A DNA stretch of 60,226 nt, counting the filler, from Bipalium vagum (Eukaryota), in NCBI GenBank assembly GCA_037834085.1. It is 3 parts of 3 records of this genome, joined end to end, with 100 filler letters (N's around TTAATTAATTAA, not from the genome) between each part and the next. Parts side by side here need not be neighbours in the genome. Positions count along the whole stretch, not along the records: positions 1 to 16,994 come from JBBMKC010083330.1; positions 17,095 to 34,696 come from JBBMKC010059399.1; 1 more part is not named here. The stretch is one strand, 5' to 3'. The translations under genes and the position numbers were made by a program. Numbering within the stretch: position 1 is the first letter of the stretch; the number at the start of each line of letters is the position of its first letter. This document shows, piece after piece, positions 12,447 through 24,000 of the stretch. The notes under the pieces are model-generated. The model was given only the letters and a program-made list of their open reading frames with translations, was not told where the DNA came from and did no database searches.

Positions 12447-15046
12447 TTAGATTTTCAGTGACTTTGTAATTTGCAAAGCGATACGTTTATAGGCAAAGGA
12501 ACTACCAAAGATTCTTTTCATTCTAATTCCATGCATGAATAAAAACGGAATTCGACAAATTTCCATTTCCCATTGAATAGAGTCTGTAAAATTATCACTG
12601 GTTTCACTGACGTTCCAACAAAGCAAGAGATATTTTTCAATGTATTCATAGTTGAAATTGTTTTCTTTCAGCACTCGAATAATCTCTTCCATTATTTCGT
12701 TGGGATGCTTAGAGCTTATTGTACTCATCGAAAATACGAATCTTTCAATTCTGGGCTTACGTTTCTCGGAAAACATATCAATTTTGTACTTGGATGAACT
12801 TAGAAGATCATCCTTCCCTACGCACTGGTCCAGATTGGAAATGATCGATCTGTTATCTTTCTCGGAATCACTTTCCACTTCGTCTATAGTGCTGTAGATA
12901 GTCAGTACAAAAGGTTTAATAATCATAAAATCATAAATAAAAACATCCACTACTAATTAATAGCAATTATCAATCAAATATATTCGGAAACATTTTGTTA
13001 TATTAGTTGATCTGATAATTATTATTATTTTCTTTTTTTTCATTAAGATAATTTTTACTTTGGTAATTTTTAGCTTAAAGTTTGAGTGATTAAAAGGATT
13101 TGGCATCGTTTTTTAATTCTTTGGTTAATTAAAAATTTAAGCAAAACAATTTCGTTCCAAGTTGAATAGAAGTGACCAAGATCATCAAAACGAACAAAAG
13201 ATATACCCTCTAAGACTTAGATTAAATTAAATAGATGAAATAAAGTTATTTGTTTTATTAAATCAATTGGATAAAATGGTGGTAAAACAATTTTAAATAT
13301 ATAATCATGGGCATAACCGAAAATATTAAGTTTTTTGTCTCAGTTTTAACAGAAAACGATTTCTCTAATTTGGAAATTTATCAACTTTTACATAATGCTT
13401 GTGGCGAAATAAAGAGTTGTGGCATCGAAAAACTGGACGCAAAAAAAGGAGCGTAATTAAAGGCTCAAGGTGACTACGGACTCAAACGTGATGAAAATTC
13501 AATCAAAGTGAAACAACTTGCACTTTGTCCGTTAGAGAAATCTCTGGTTTTACTGATCTCATTTTTAGTTCAGTATACTGGATTATATTTGAAAAACTGT
13601 TAATGAAGTGTGTCCATGTAAGGTGGTTCCTCATAGATTAACGGAGGATCACATGGTCCAGGGAGTAAATTTAGCGCAAAAGCTGCTCAGAAATCTGGAA
13701 ATTCAAATTGTGGTCGTCGATGAAAAATGAGTATATAGGGATTCTTTGCCTTTTCGACAGGATAATGCTTACTGGGTGGCCGCAGATGGTGAGCAGTCAC
13801 TAATTGCAAGAACAATATCAGACATGAAGTTTCACGTAATTGTTGCTTGCAATTTTTGTGGTGATTTCCGCTTTCAAGTTTTACAGCAAAACCAATCTAT
13901 TAATCCTGAATCTATTAATTGATTTCCTTTTAATGATCTTAGATATCAAAGGAATTGGACATTTGGACTTCATGCATGATAATGCTCGTTCTCATGCGTT
14001 TGTCAAGACACAAGTTTTCTGTGAAGATCATAAATTTCTAAGCAATCACCTTACTCTCCATATATGAAATTTATTGGACAGGTTTGTCTTCAGAAATCTG
14101 GAATTCGCCCTGAGAAAAACTCTTTTTCTGATTATCAATTCCTTCTCGGAATATCTCCGAAATTTCATGCAAACTAAAATGACAAAGTTAAATCTCTCTA
14201 AAGAATTCGAAGACCAGAGATATCATAAGCATGAGGTAATCGAGAAGAATGGGAATTATATATGACTATTTGTGATTGTATATATATACGATCGTATATA
14301 TAAGTTCTTTAGTATATTTTTGAATATTTTAGAATTTTTTAAAAAAGCGCTTCATTTTTTTAAACATACATTAAAAAAAAATTAATTACCTGTTTGAATA
14401 TATCTTTTCCGATTCGCAAAATTCAACCTATAATTAACTTGAGAACTTTTACTAAAAAAGCCATTACTTTATATAAAATATCCTTGTTAAAATTTTAAAT
14501 TATATGAATATTAAGTCATGAATACAATAAAATATTAAGTTATGTAACAAGTAATTATTATTAATTTTATTATTATTAAAGTAGAAATGCAATCTTAAAC
14601 AAAATTAATAAGAATAATGACAGAACACTAACTTTTTATCTTTTATCGAAAAAGTCTTATTTATGAAAGTAAATACGTTTTCTTTCATGGTCGACTTATC
14701 TATGAATTCAGGACCACTTTGTTTACTGAACGGTAAATTATTTCTCGGGGAAAACATTTTTATAAAACAAACGGAATCTCTGCTAAATTTTTGTCCATTT
14801 TGACATTTACAACTGAGAACTTTGGGTTTTTACTTGGAATCTCATTTTCTGATTGATTCGGTGTGGCTTGTCTATTTTAATATAAATATATTAATTTTTT
14901 TCAAAGTAGTATATAGAAAATTTCCATCCAATTTACACATTTTTTTCCTAAAATCTCAGTTCTCCAGAACTGAATACTGAAAAATATTCAAATAAAAATA
15001 ATTTACTTCTTGTCGAAAGTCATTTTGTTTGGGTCTGACAATGAAC
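12447..15046 (-). CDS. 3' part of a MARK/PAR-1-family kinase-like gene: spacer exons plus C-terminal KA1 domain (5'-partial)
   Basis: The last exon (12891-12447) encodes KPRIERFVFSMSTISSKHPNEIMEEIIRVLKENNFNYEYIEKYLLLC...IQWEMEICRIPFLFMHGIRMKRIFGSSFAYKRIALQITKSLKI*, collinear with MARK KA1 (KPRSLRFTWSMKTTSS...[43 protein letters not shown]). Upstream GT-AG exons at 15046-15007, 14812-14677 and 14427-14390 are phase-consistent but less certain. No kinase exons were found before the join at 16995. Confidence 0.85.
13307..14373 (+). mobile_element. Decayed DD34D mariner inside an intron of the KA1 gene
   Basis: MGITENIKFF...LEIYQLLHNACGE, VPHRLTEDH, IVVVDEK, FMHDNARSH, QSPYSP...LDRFVFRNLE, with multiple frameshifts. 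Confidence 0.8.
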
Positions 15047-15699
15047 CTGAATATGACATAAAATTAATATTTAATAGTTATTTGGTGTCTTTTTTTAGGA
15101 CTGGTGAAAGTTTTTTAATATTTGACATGTGATATTATTTTTAGAAAATATTTTATCTTTTTCTCAAATTAAAATTATTTTATTTTAATCATCATTATCA
15201 CTGAGTACCTTACTGAAACATAAAGTGAGACTATTTTTATTTTCATTTGTAATTTTATTATTGTTGTTGTTTCTTTTTCGTCATATTCCAAATATATAAT
15301 TTATTGATCTATTATTACATTAATTTACAAAGAAATATGAAAAGATATTTAAGACAAAAAATTAGAACTATGATACTATCAATAAAAATCCTTTCAATGT
15401 ATTTGTGCAATCTTAAATACAACATCATTTTAATCTGAATGTTGTCGAGGTTATTAATATTATTATTAAGATTTTTATATCATTTTCTTTTCAATTTCCT
15501 TTCTATTATAACGATCTTTTAACTTATAGGCATTATTTATTATCATGCTTCTGTTAAATTATTTTGCCTCTTATTATAAAGCAGACCAATAAGCTTTATT
15601 TTGGTAAAAATATTATAATAAAAATTATATTATTTATTATTATAAGTTCTTCAAAAAATTCTTTAAAAATATTATTGGAAAATTTTAATATTTGTGTAT

Positions 15700-15932
15700 A
15701 GGATCAATTCTCTTGGGATGTTCGCTTTATACGTGACCATAAAATATAAACTGAAAGACAGTTTCCATTACCAGGAATTTCAACTAAAATGAATAAAATA
15801 AATGTTTTGGAAACTGGTTTATGTCAAAATGGAAAGGATTTATTAGAAGAAAATTTCATATTTCAACAAGACAAAGCTGCAGTCCATACATCTAGACTCA
15901 CCAAATCATGGTTTCCTAATAAAAATATTAAC
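15700..15932 (+). mobile_element. Tc1/Tc3-like DD34E transposase fragment
   Basis: ISTKMN...VLETGL...ENFIFQQDKAAVHTSRLTKSWF. Confidence 0.75.
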
Positions 15933-16099
15933 GAGTTTAAGCTAGGTTTGCTAGAGTCTAGATCTGATAATGGACAACCCGAAGACTTATACCATACACC
16001 TGAAATTGGTGAAAATCTTCCTCCAATCACTCTCCTCTTGCAATTACAAGTCAGATAAATTTTTGTTTTTATAACTTAAAATACATTTGTCATTCACGT

Positions 16100-16818
16100 T
16101 TTAAATAAATCAAACAATGATCCCAAATCTAAAAAATTCTCTAAGAGTCGATTGACTGATTCAATGTAGTGATATATTTTTGTACAAATTACCATAGATA
16201 TTTCAAAAAATCTGCAAAAATAATCTAAACACTATAAAAAATACTAACTCGTGAAATTTATTGATAAGAAGAATCTAACGTGAAATCCTATATTTATTCA
16301 ACCAGTTATGTGACAAGGCTTTCAACAGTAATGAAGTTGGAATTCTAAAAAGATTCAATGGTAATATGAATGCCGAGATATTTCAAAGAGATTCTCCAGG
16401 ATATAAACATAGCTGACAAATGCGGCATTCATGTTTCAACATTATTTAGGCCCACCACATAAGGTCAAAACTATCACGGCTTTCTTAAAAAATAAAAATA
16501 TCTTTTACAGACTTAAGCCCCATAAAAATGTCTGGTATATCCTAAAAAGGAAGTAACACCGATGACACCCAATTCTGCACAAGAGTTAAAAAATTTATTC
16601 CGAGAACGAATGGTACAAACTTTCTCATAATGTATACAAGAAATTTATTTTTTCGATGCCAAAAATATTACAATTGGTCAAAAATAAAAATGAAATCATA
16701 TTAATTATTAAAACAATATATAATATTATTATTTAATAAATGTCGGGCCTGGAGTTATTTATTTTCATTAAAAGTTACATTTTCCATAGAGGGTGAACAG
16801 GCTTTTACGAAGACCGTA
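16100..16818 (+). mobile_element. Tc1-like transposase remnant with a 3' terminus
   Basis: GILKRFNGNMNAE, FMFQH...PPHKVK, DLSPIKNVWYILKRK. Ends in ...CTTTTACGAAGACCG-TA. Confidence 0.65.
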
Positions 16819-16865
16819 ATTTTAGTAATACTGTTTATAAGTTATATCATTTAATTTTTCAAATA

Positions 16866-16966
16866 CAGTGAAACCTGCTTAAATTGAACACTATAGTGTC
16901 CTTGTTGAAAAGTTCAAAGAGAGGTGTTCAGATAATCAAGGTGTTCAAGTTTAACAGGTTACATTA
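16866..16966. mobile_element. About 100-bp MITE with pogo/Tigger-type termini
   Basis: Left end TA-CAGTGAAACCTGCTTAAATTGAACAC; the right end reverse-complements to AATGTAACCTGTTAAACTTGAACAC. No coding capacity. Confidence 0.7.
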
Positions 16967-16994
16967 CACATCTGTTTACACTTTTGTTCAATTT

Positions 16995-17094
16995 NNNNNN
17001 NNNNNNNNNNNNNNNNNNNNNNNNNNNNNNNNNNNNNNTTAATTAATTAANNNNNNNNNNNNNNNNNNNNNNNNNNNNNNNNNNNNNNNNNNNN
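16995..17094. other. Artificial scaffold spacer (44 N + TTAATTAATTAA + 44 N)
   Basis: Exactly 100 nt. The palindromic 12-mer places TAA in all six frames. An identical copy is at 34697-34796. Confidence 0.95.
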
Positions 17095-17209
17095 TAGTTG
17101 GTGAGCCCAGTTCTAACCTATATCAATAGAGTTAGCATTTTTATAATTTCGAGATTAGATCTCGCAGTAAGGGTCGAACCAATAAGTAAAGCCATACATT
17201 TGGTGAACC

Positions 17210-17710
17210 CTTACAAATTGTTGTCCTGGTATCTCCTTAAAGTCTGCCTTTACATAGGTCTCATCATCCAAAATCACACAATAGTATTTGTGAATAACTT
17301 TATCGTATAATTTACGTGCTCTGGTTTTTTTAAAATTTACTCTGCTTTTATTTGTGATTTGGTGCAAGATTAACTTTTTATGAATGCAGATTAGCCTGTT
17401 TATGGACTTTTTGTACGTAAGACGAAGACATATCCACTTCTTGGCAACATCTTTCATCGAAAAACTCGCATTACTTTTAAAGGCTGCAACAAGTGCTTTT
17501 ATTTTACTTTTTGTGGTTCCATGAATTCTTTTTTCGGCCACTTTCTTTCTTTTTTTCACAGAAAGAGTCTCCTTATATTTTTAAGAGCACTTGTGACAGT
17601 GGATTTTGCGACTGTTACCTGCCTGACAATGTCATCATGGGATATGTGAAGATTTTTTAGATATTTGCACAAATTTAATTTTCGAATATCACATTGGGGC
17701 AAAGCCATTG
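17210..17710 (-). mobile_element. ITmD37E (DD37E)-like transposase, 5' half
   Basis: MALPQCDIRKL...RARKLYDKVIHKYYCVILDDETYVKADFKEIPGQQF matches the ITmD37E pattern RARKLY...C..MDDETYVKADF.Q.PGQ.FY. Confidence 0.75.
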
Positions 17711-17959
17711 GCATAAATAAAATTGATTTGCTGTTTAAATTTTATTTATATTATAAATAAGACAACACTGATTATTGGTGTATTTAAACCATTGCTTTAT
17801 TATTAAATATGTATGAGTTTTAACTTAAAACTTTTAAGGGGTTTTTATTTAGTGCAGAAGCTTTATATAAAAATATAAATTATTGAGTAATATCCAAATA
17901 TTTGAAATATGTAAGAATAAGTACACAGAATTTTTCACGCAAACTTTCTAAACTTTACA

Positions 17960-18440
17960 GATTACAAATGTTTCCTTGTCCAATTAATAGCTTGGATAGC
18001 CTGTGTTGTATAGTTAAGTACAGTGCTTAATTTGTCTCGCTTCCTTGAGTTTACATGCAATATTGTGCTATTGATCTTTTCCTTCAATTCCTTAACATTT
18101 TTAAACTGCGGACCTTCATAAATCATTTGACAATTTTTTTTTAAATGTCTTCAAGGATATTTAGATCAGGATTCTTAGCTGGCCATTTCAAATTCTTAAT
18201 TTCACCATCTTTTATAAATCTCCAACGGTTTTAGCATTATGAACTGTGGAATCGTCCGATTGCCAGAAAAAATCAGCATCGTAATTTAATTTGCAAATTG
18301 ATACAATAAATGCCTGAAGTAAGTCTAAATAATCCTTTTTTCCAAATTTGCCATTAATTAAGTTATGTGACAGAATCACATTTAGTATCACCATTAGCCA
18401 AACCATAACACCGCCTTCTTTGCACTACCTTCTTTGTTGT
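17960..18440 (-). mobile_element. Tc1 DD34E transposase catalytic fragment
   Basis: GGVMVW...DYLDLLQ...FWQSDDSTVHNAK...KWPAKNPDLNILE. Confidence 0.8.
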
Positions 18441-18479
18441 TTCTTTTTCTTTTTTTTTGACAATATAAGTCATCCAATT

Positions 18480-19200
18480 GTCTGGCCCATCCAAGGTAAA
18501 CATCAGTCCACAATTTCTTGCTCGTACCGCGAATACCGAAGTGAACACTCTAGTCTGACCGATGAGTGCAGCTCTGGTGTAACAAGGACAGCAGTTATCC
18601 AGGAAAAAATCGATGCTGTGCGTCAGCTCGTGATGGAAGATCGACATCAAGCATTTATTGAGATGGAGCGTTCATTGAGCATTTCAAAGACCTCCCTATA
18701 TTAGATCCTGCATGAGGAATTGAATGCGACGAAGTTTACCGTTGGATCCAACATCTCCTAACTAATGAACAAAATGTAGCTTGAGTCAACTGGTGCCGAA
18801 AAACCTTGAATAGATTTAACAACGGAAGTTCAAAAAATGTGTATAACATTGTCATTGGTGACGAATCATTGATTTTTTGTACGAACCTGAGAAGAAAAGT
18901 CAATCTTTTGTTTGTGTGTTCCAATTAGAGGAGAATCCGACAAACGTTACTCGTTCTCGCAGTGTGTTAAAACAGGCGATCTCAACGTTTGGCTCAAAAG
19001 CAGACCATGTAGGTACAATTCCTTTACAAAGTCGGAAAACGGTTACTGCGCAATGCTATACAACAATATGTTTTTCCAATATAATTTCAGTTCTTCGAAT
19101 AGCAAACATGAAACGGAAAATCATTTTTCATCACGACAATGCTAGTTCACAAACATTTTGCTAGCAACAACAGATTTTTTATCAACTCAAAATTATGTGC
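18480..19200 (+). mobile_element. Decayed DD34D mariner
   Basis: IDAVRQLVMEDRH, NVYNIVIGDES, YEPEKKSQS..VFQLEENPTNV.RSRS, TVTAQCYTTICF, IIFHHDNASS. Confidence 0.85.
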
Positions 19201-20099
19201 AATAAAATATTATTCCTCATTCTTTTTACTAGCCAACGACTGGATTTGTCGGCTGGATGGATAACTCCTATAAAAAGAAACTAGTTCTTTATGTGCTACC
19301 CATTAAAATGTTAAAGAACTATTTGTATTGTGCATTCAAGATTTTTATATCAGAAAATTTATTATTACTCGTTTGTTAGAATATTTTTGAAAAAATCCTA
19401 ATAAGAAAGTAAATTTAATAATTAAAGTAGTTTTATGTAAATTGAAAGTTTTATAGCAGGATAATTTACCAAAATTATTGTATTTCGAAGAATTCAATGG
19501 ATTATGAAGATTTTTTATGCCGAAGTCAAATCATTTTAGTTATGAATTTCTCTGTAACTGGTTTTAAATGGGCTTGTCGAATTTGGTGTTCTCTAGGCAA
19601 GGCAAAAGTGCCTAACTCACGATTCAAGGACCGTTTACTATTTTTGAAGTGACAAACGAACTTTAAGAAGAGTGTTTTTAATATTTAGAATTGTTAGCAT
19701 AGCGCTTTTGTACCAAAGGGTCAATGGACGGAGACAGTTTTTACAGGACTAATGCTGTCATTAAAAGCTACATTAGCAAATTACAGAGACATGGGTGAGT
19801 AATTACAAAAAGGTGAGTAGAGTAGAAATGAACATAATCATAAACCATAATTTGTGATATCGGAATAAATCGACAAGACAACCGTTGACTACGAATTGGA
19901 GAAAATAACATCCATGTAAAGGTTATAATAATTTATCAAAAAACGAAAAAATTTAGCAAGACAATGCTTGGTGGAGAAACAAGACTCTAGTTTATGATAA
20001 AGATCAGAAAGGAGTATCAGATAGTCTGCAGAAATTGCAACGAAGTTGTGCATTTTGCAAAAGTTATAAAATAAAAATTTGCAATCACTGCAATAAGTC

Positions 20100-20560
20100 A
20101 CCATGTATCTTGTTTGCAGTTTGAAAGTTTAAAACATCACTTTATTGCCCACAAAAGCACAGGGTAGTTGAAAGATTCATCAGAACATTACACACGATGA
20201 TGCAATTTTTTACAAATAAACAAGAGATGGATTGGGATGTGCATAAAACATCATATTTATACGCGTATATTCCCGCAGTTCATCTTGCGACAAGGGGACA
20301 CTGTTCTAACTGATATATTTGAGAAATAAATATTTCTATTGCTATGGTTTACGTGAAGCACTGTGAATCACAGTATATGAAAGAAGATTATAAATTAGTA
20401 TAAAAATATTTCAAGGCACAACGCAATTGAACTGGAAAAAACGGGTTTCGTTATAAAGTACAGATATGAAGAACGATATGATAAGACGGCATTAGCATAA
20501 TCTTAGAGTTTGGGACAAATTAATGATCAAAGCGCTAGAACCAATTCGAGGAAAAAAGAA
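20100..20560 (+). mobile_element. Gypsy/Ty3 LTR-retrotransposon integrase remnant
   Basis: KTSLYCPQKHRVVERFIRTLHTMMQFFTNKQEMDWDVHKTSYLYAYIPAVHLAT resembles the integrase core TTAYHPQ.NG.VERFNRTL...DWD..L..VLFAYN..VH..T. Confidence 0.75.
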
Positions 20561-21004
20561 CGTTTAAAAGTTTGCATACTTTGAAAAGGGTAACATTTTA
20601 TCAGGATTAAAAATTGTAATTTATTCAAAATATTTCAAAATAAAAAAATAAAATATAGTTTTATTTAAATATTTTAAAACATAAATCCAACAAACATGGT
20701 TAATAATAGGACTAATAAAAGATATGAACTTTAAAATATTCATATGAAGAACAATATTCAAAAATAAAATGAAAGTCCAGCATACTGCCTTTAATAATAT
20801 CACAATTAACCACTTTATATATCACAATCAACTGACAGACGGAATTGGTAACACATAATAAGAGTAAAAAAAATAAAAATTTTATTTAATTTCATATTTT
20901 TACTCCCTTTAATCATTCATAATCTTCTAATAACCATCATGATTAAATTGAATAGATTCTATTGCAAAATAATGATTGTTTACCCAACACAGAAAGACAC
21001 CAAT

Positions 21005-24000
21005 TTAACAACAGCGAGAATCTGTGTGGTAAATTAAATCGATCCCATATGTTTCCAATAAAAGTAAAAGAAAATATTTATCATCTTTCGGACTAAAACC
21101 GAGGTCTTCAATGTGAGAAGATGTTATCTCCGGTATACCAGATTCAACCAAACTCAGCAGTGCTGAAAATAATCGATTGTTTTCTGATTTGAAAAAGCTA
21201 AAAATTAAATATTTTTTTATTTATAATATAAATAATTATCTAAAAAAATAAAAATTGTGGTCATAAAAAAATCTACATATATTAGTTAATCTGTAAAAGT
21301 ATTATTAAAAAATAAATATTTTTTTTAATCCTTAATTTTTTGATGTTTTAAAAATGAATCTATAAAACTGATATTTTAAATTAAAAATACGAAAAAAAAC
21401 CCTGAGAATTAAAGCAAGGGTAAATTTTCATATTCAAATTGGACAGCTGAGGGTCTGTTGTAGATATACAGACTTTTATTATAGACCAATGTTGGAAAGA
21501 TGAATTTATGTTTTCTATTTAATTAATTTCTTGGCAATAATTTTCTGACACATGTTTTCGTTCGTAATTACAAAATTTGAAGTACCAATCCCTGCATATA
21601 TCAATAAGCAGTGGTCTGATTGTTATTTTTGGGAAATCTAGACTCTAAAAATGTTTAATAGGGTCAGCGTTATGTAAGCACTGTCCTAGAGATATTATAT
21701 TATTATACAATGCCTATTTATCACTGTAAATTAAAATTTATTTTGAAAATAAATATACAGGATGTTAATTAAGTAGCTTTACAATTTCATGAATGAAAAT
21801 CAGAAAAAATCAATGTTACATAATTTTTATATGAAAACAAAGACATCCACAATAATTATTAATTTTCAGAATGTTCTCCTTCAGCTCTCTTGTAACGACG
21901 TAACCTACCAGGAAGAGATAAGCAAATTTTTCACAAAATACAATTGACATATTGGTAAATGAATTAATGATTATTTGTTTCAAACTTGCAATGAAAGAAT
22001 TTCTTGTGAATAAACTACCTACTTAACATGCATTGACACAAAATGCATAAAAGCATTGGACAAGCTGAGGGGGAATGATTAAAAACAGGTAAAAAAACAG
22101 CTCTCAACATATCCTCCAAGTGTAAACATGTCACATATTCGAAGAAATAAGCTTCAATCAAGCCATCAGCATAAACACAGACCCAAATCATGACACAAGC
22201 TGCACCTCTCTACAGTTATATTTAGATTGTTTAAGCACCAATAATCGTTGTTGAAATGACAACGACTGAACCAATCTGGAGATGAAAAGTTTAAAAAACA
22301 TTGTGAAGCATTTAATTCATTGAACAGGCGTCTAAGTGATGTGCTTGGCTTTTCGTGAAACAATTTGATTAATCTTTTCATCAAAAATTTACTTTTGCTT
22401 GATAAATGTAGACTACGTAGTCTATTCAAGGTATTCATGTCATTCCTAGTTTTGAGGAAAATATTAAATTGATAGTTGGTCTACTTAGTTGTTCATTATT
22501 CATTTCCAGCTTCCATATTCTTTGAATTGTTGTGAGTTATTTCAATTCAACAATTTTGACTTGCTCCTCAACGCTAAGTCATCACTGCCTGACAATACGT
22601 GTATATTTTTAAAAATTAATTAATATTTTTAAATATTGAATATTGACATACAAATGCCAATAATTCAGTTGAACAAAACTAAGTTTCAAAGATTTATTAT
22701 ACTTTAATTTGTAAAGTTTGACACTCTGTATTTTATTTTATTATTTTATATTTATTATTTTTTTATAATGCGTGAATCTAATTTACTTCAAAATTCTTTG
22801 TGATATACTATAATAAGCTCATCAGGGTAATTAGTAACATATATCGGTTTATATTCCATTCTTAATAAAATAAAATATTTTTAATGTCACCAAACAATTT
22901 GAAAAAAATAATATTAAAGTTTTATAAAAAAATTAAAATAAACTTAAATATAAATAAATTTTAAAAAAATTATTATTATATTATAATATAGGATTTCTTA
23001 CTGTTTTACTAAACTCAAAAAATAAATTACAATTATAACAAATAATTCTTTTAATCAAGTACTTAAAAAATCAAACCTAATAACACAATCCTCCCAATTA
23101 TTTTTATTGCAGTCAAAGTTCAATCTAAACAAAATAATAAGTAGTATATAATTAACATTTTAAAAATGTAACAATAAATATTTATTTTGATATAACTTTA
23201 ATAAAAAATTAATGAAAATATTTAAATGTAACAGTAAATTTCGAAAAATTTTGTGAACAATAGTCAACTATTATATTTTGTAAGGGAATACTGGTACTGA
23301 TTACGTATTGTATATGAGGACATATTGATGTCTCAGGGAAAACAGAAGTATAATAAAAAGTAATAACCTTTTTGATGAAAAATGTTAAATGAATAAAAAA
23401 GTAATGATGTTTTTTATAATTTTATTCAAAATAACCACCATCAGCTTAGATTACTAGATCCACACGAGGTCAAAATCCCCTACATGCCTTAACTAGGTGG
23501 TCCTGGGTCATATTAAACATTACTCTGAGAATAGTGAGTTTCAGCGAATCCAAAGCATTGTGGAAATTTTCATTAACATCTTTTTCCATAACGCCACATA
23601 CGTTAAAATTCAATGGATTTAAGTCTGGGGAGTACGGAGCCCAAATATCAGAGGTGACATGGTCATGGAAATTTTCAGCCATTCATTCTTTAGTTAATCG
23701 AGCCTTATGTGATGGAGCAGAATCTTGATGGAAAACATAAAGCCTTCCATTTCGTACTGAGTCAATTCAGAGCTTTACAACTGTATTCAGGACCTCAATT
23801 AAATATCAGATTTCACTCCAAGGCCTTGTGAGAAAAAGTTATGAGGATGCTGGAAATTTATTTTGCATGATTATTCATACTTCAAAATGGTCTTAGATAA
23901 CCATAGATTATTTCTTCTGTTAATTTTGTGATCTTGTTTGAAGTTTTTTTTCATCTGATTAAAATCAAATAAGATCTTGTTTTACTGGATGTCTAAGTTT

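Noticed and set aside
14783-14810. Possible 28-nt ultra-short intron in the KA1 gene
   Set aside because: A conventional 194-nt intron (15006-14813) gives a consistent frame, and confident introns here are at least 43 nt.
17039-17050. Perfect palindrome TTAATTAATTAA as a biological site
   Set aside because: It is centred in N runs and repeated identically, so it is an assembly linker.
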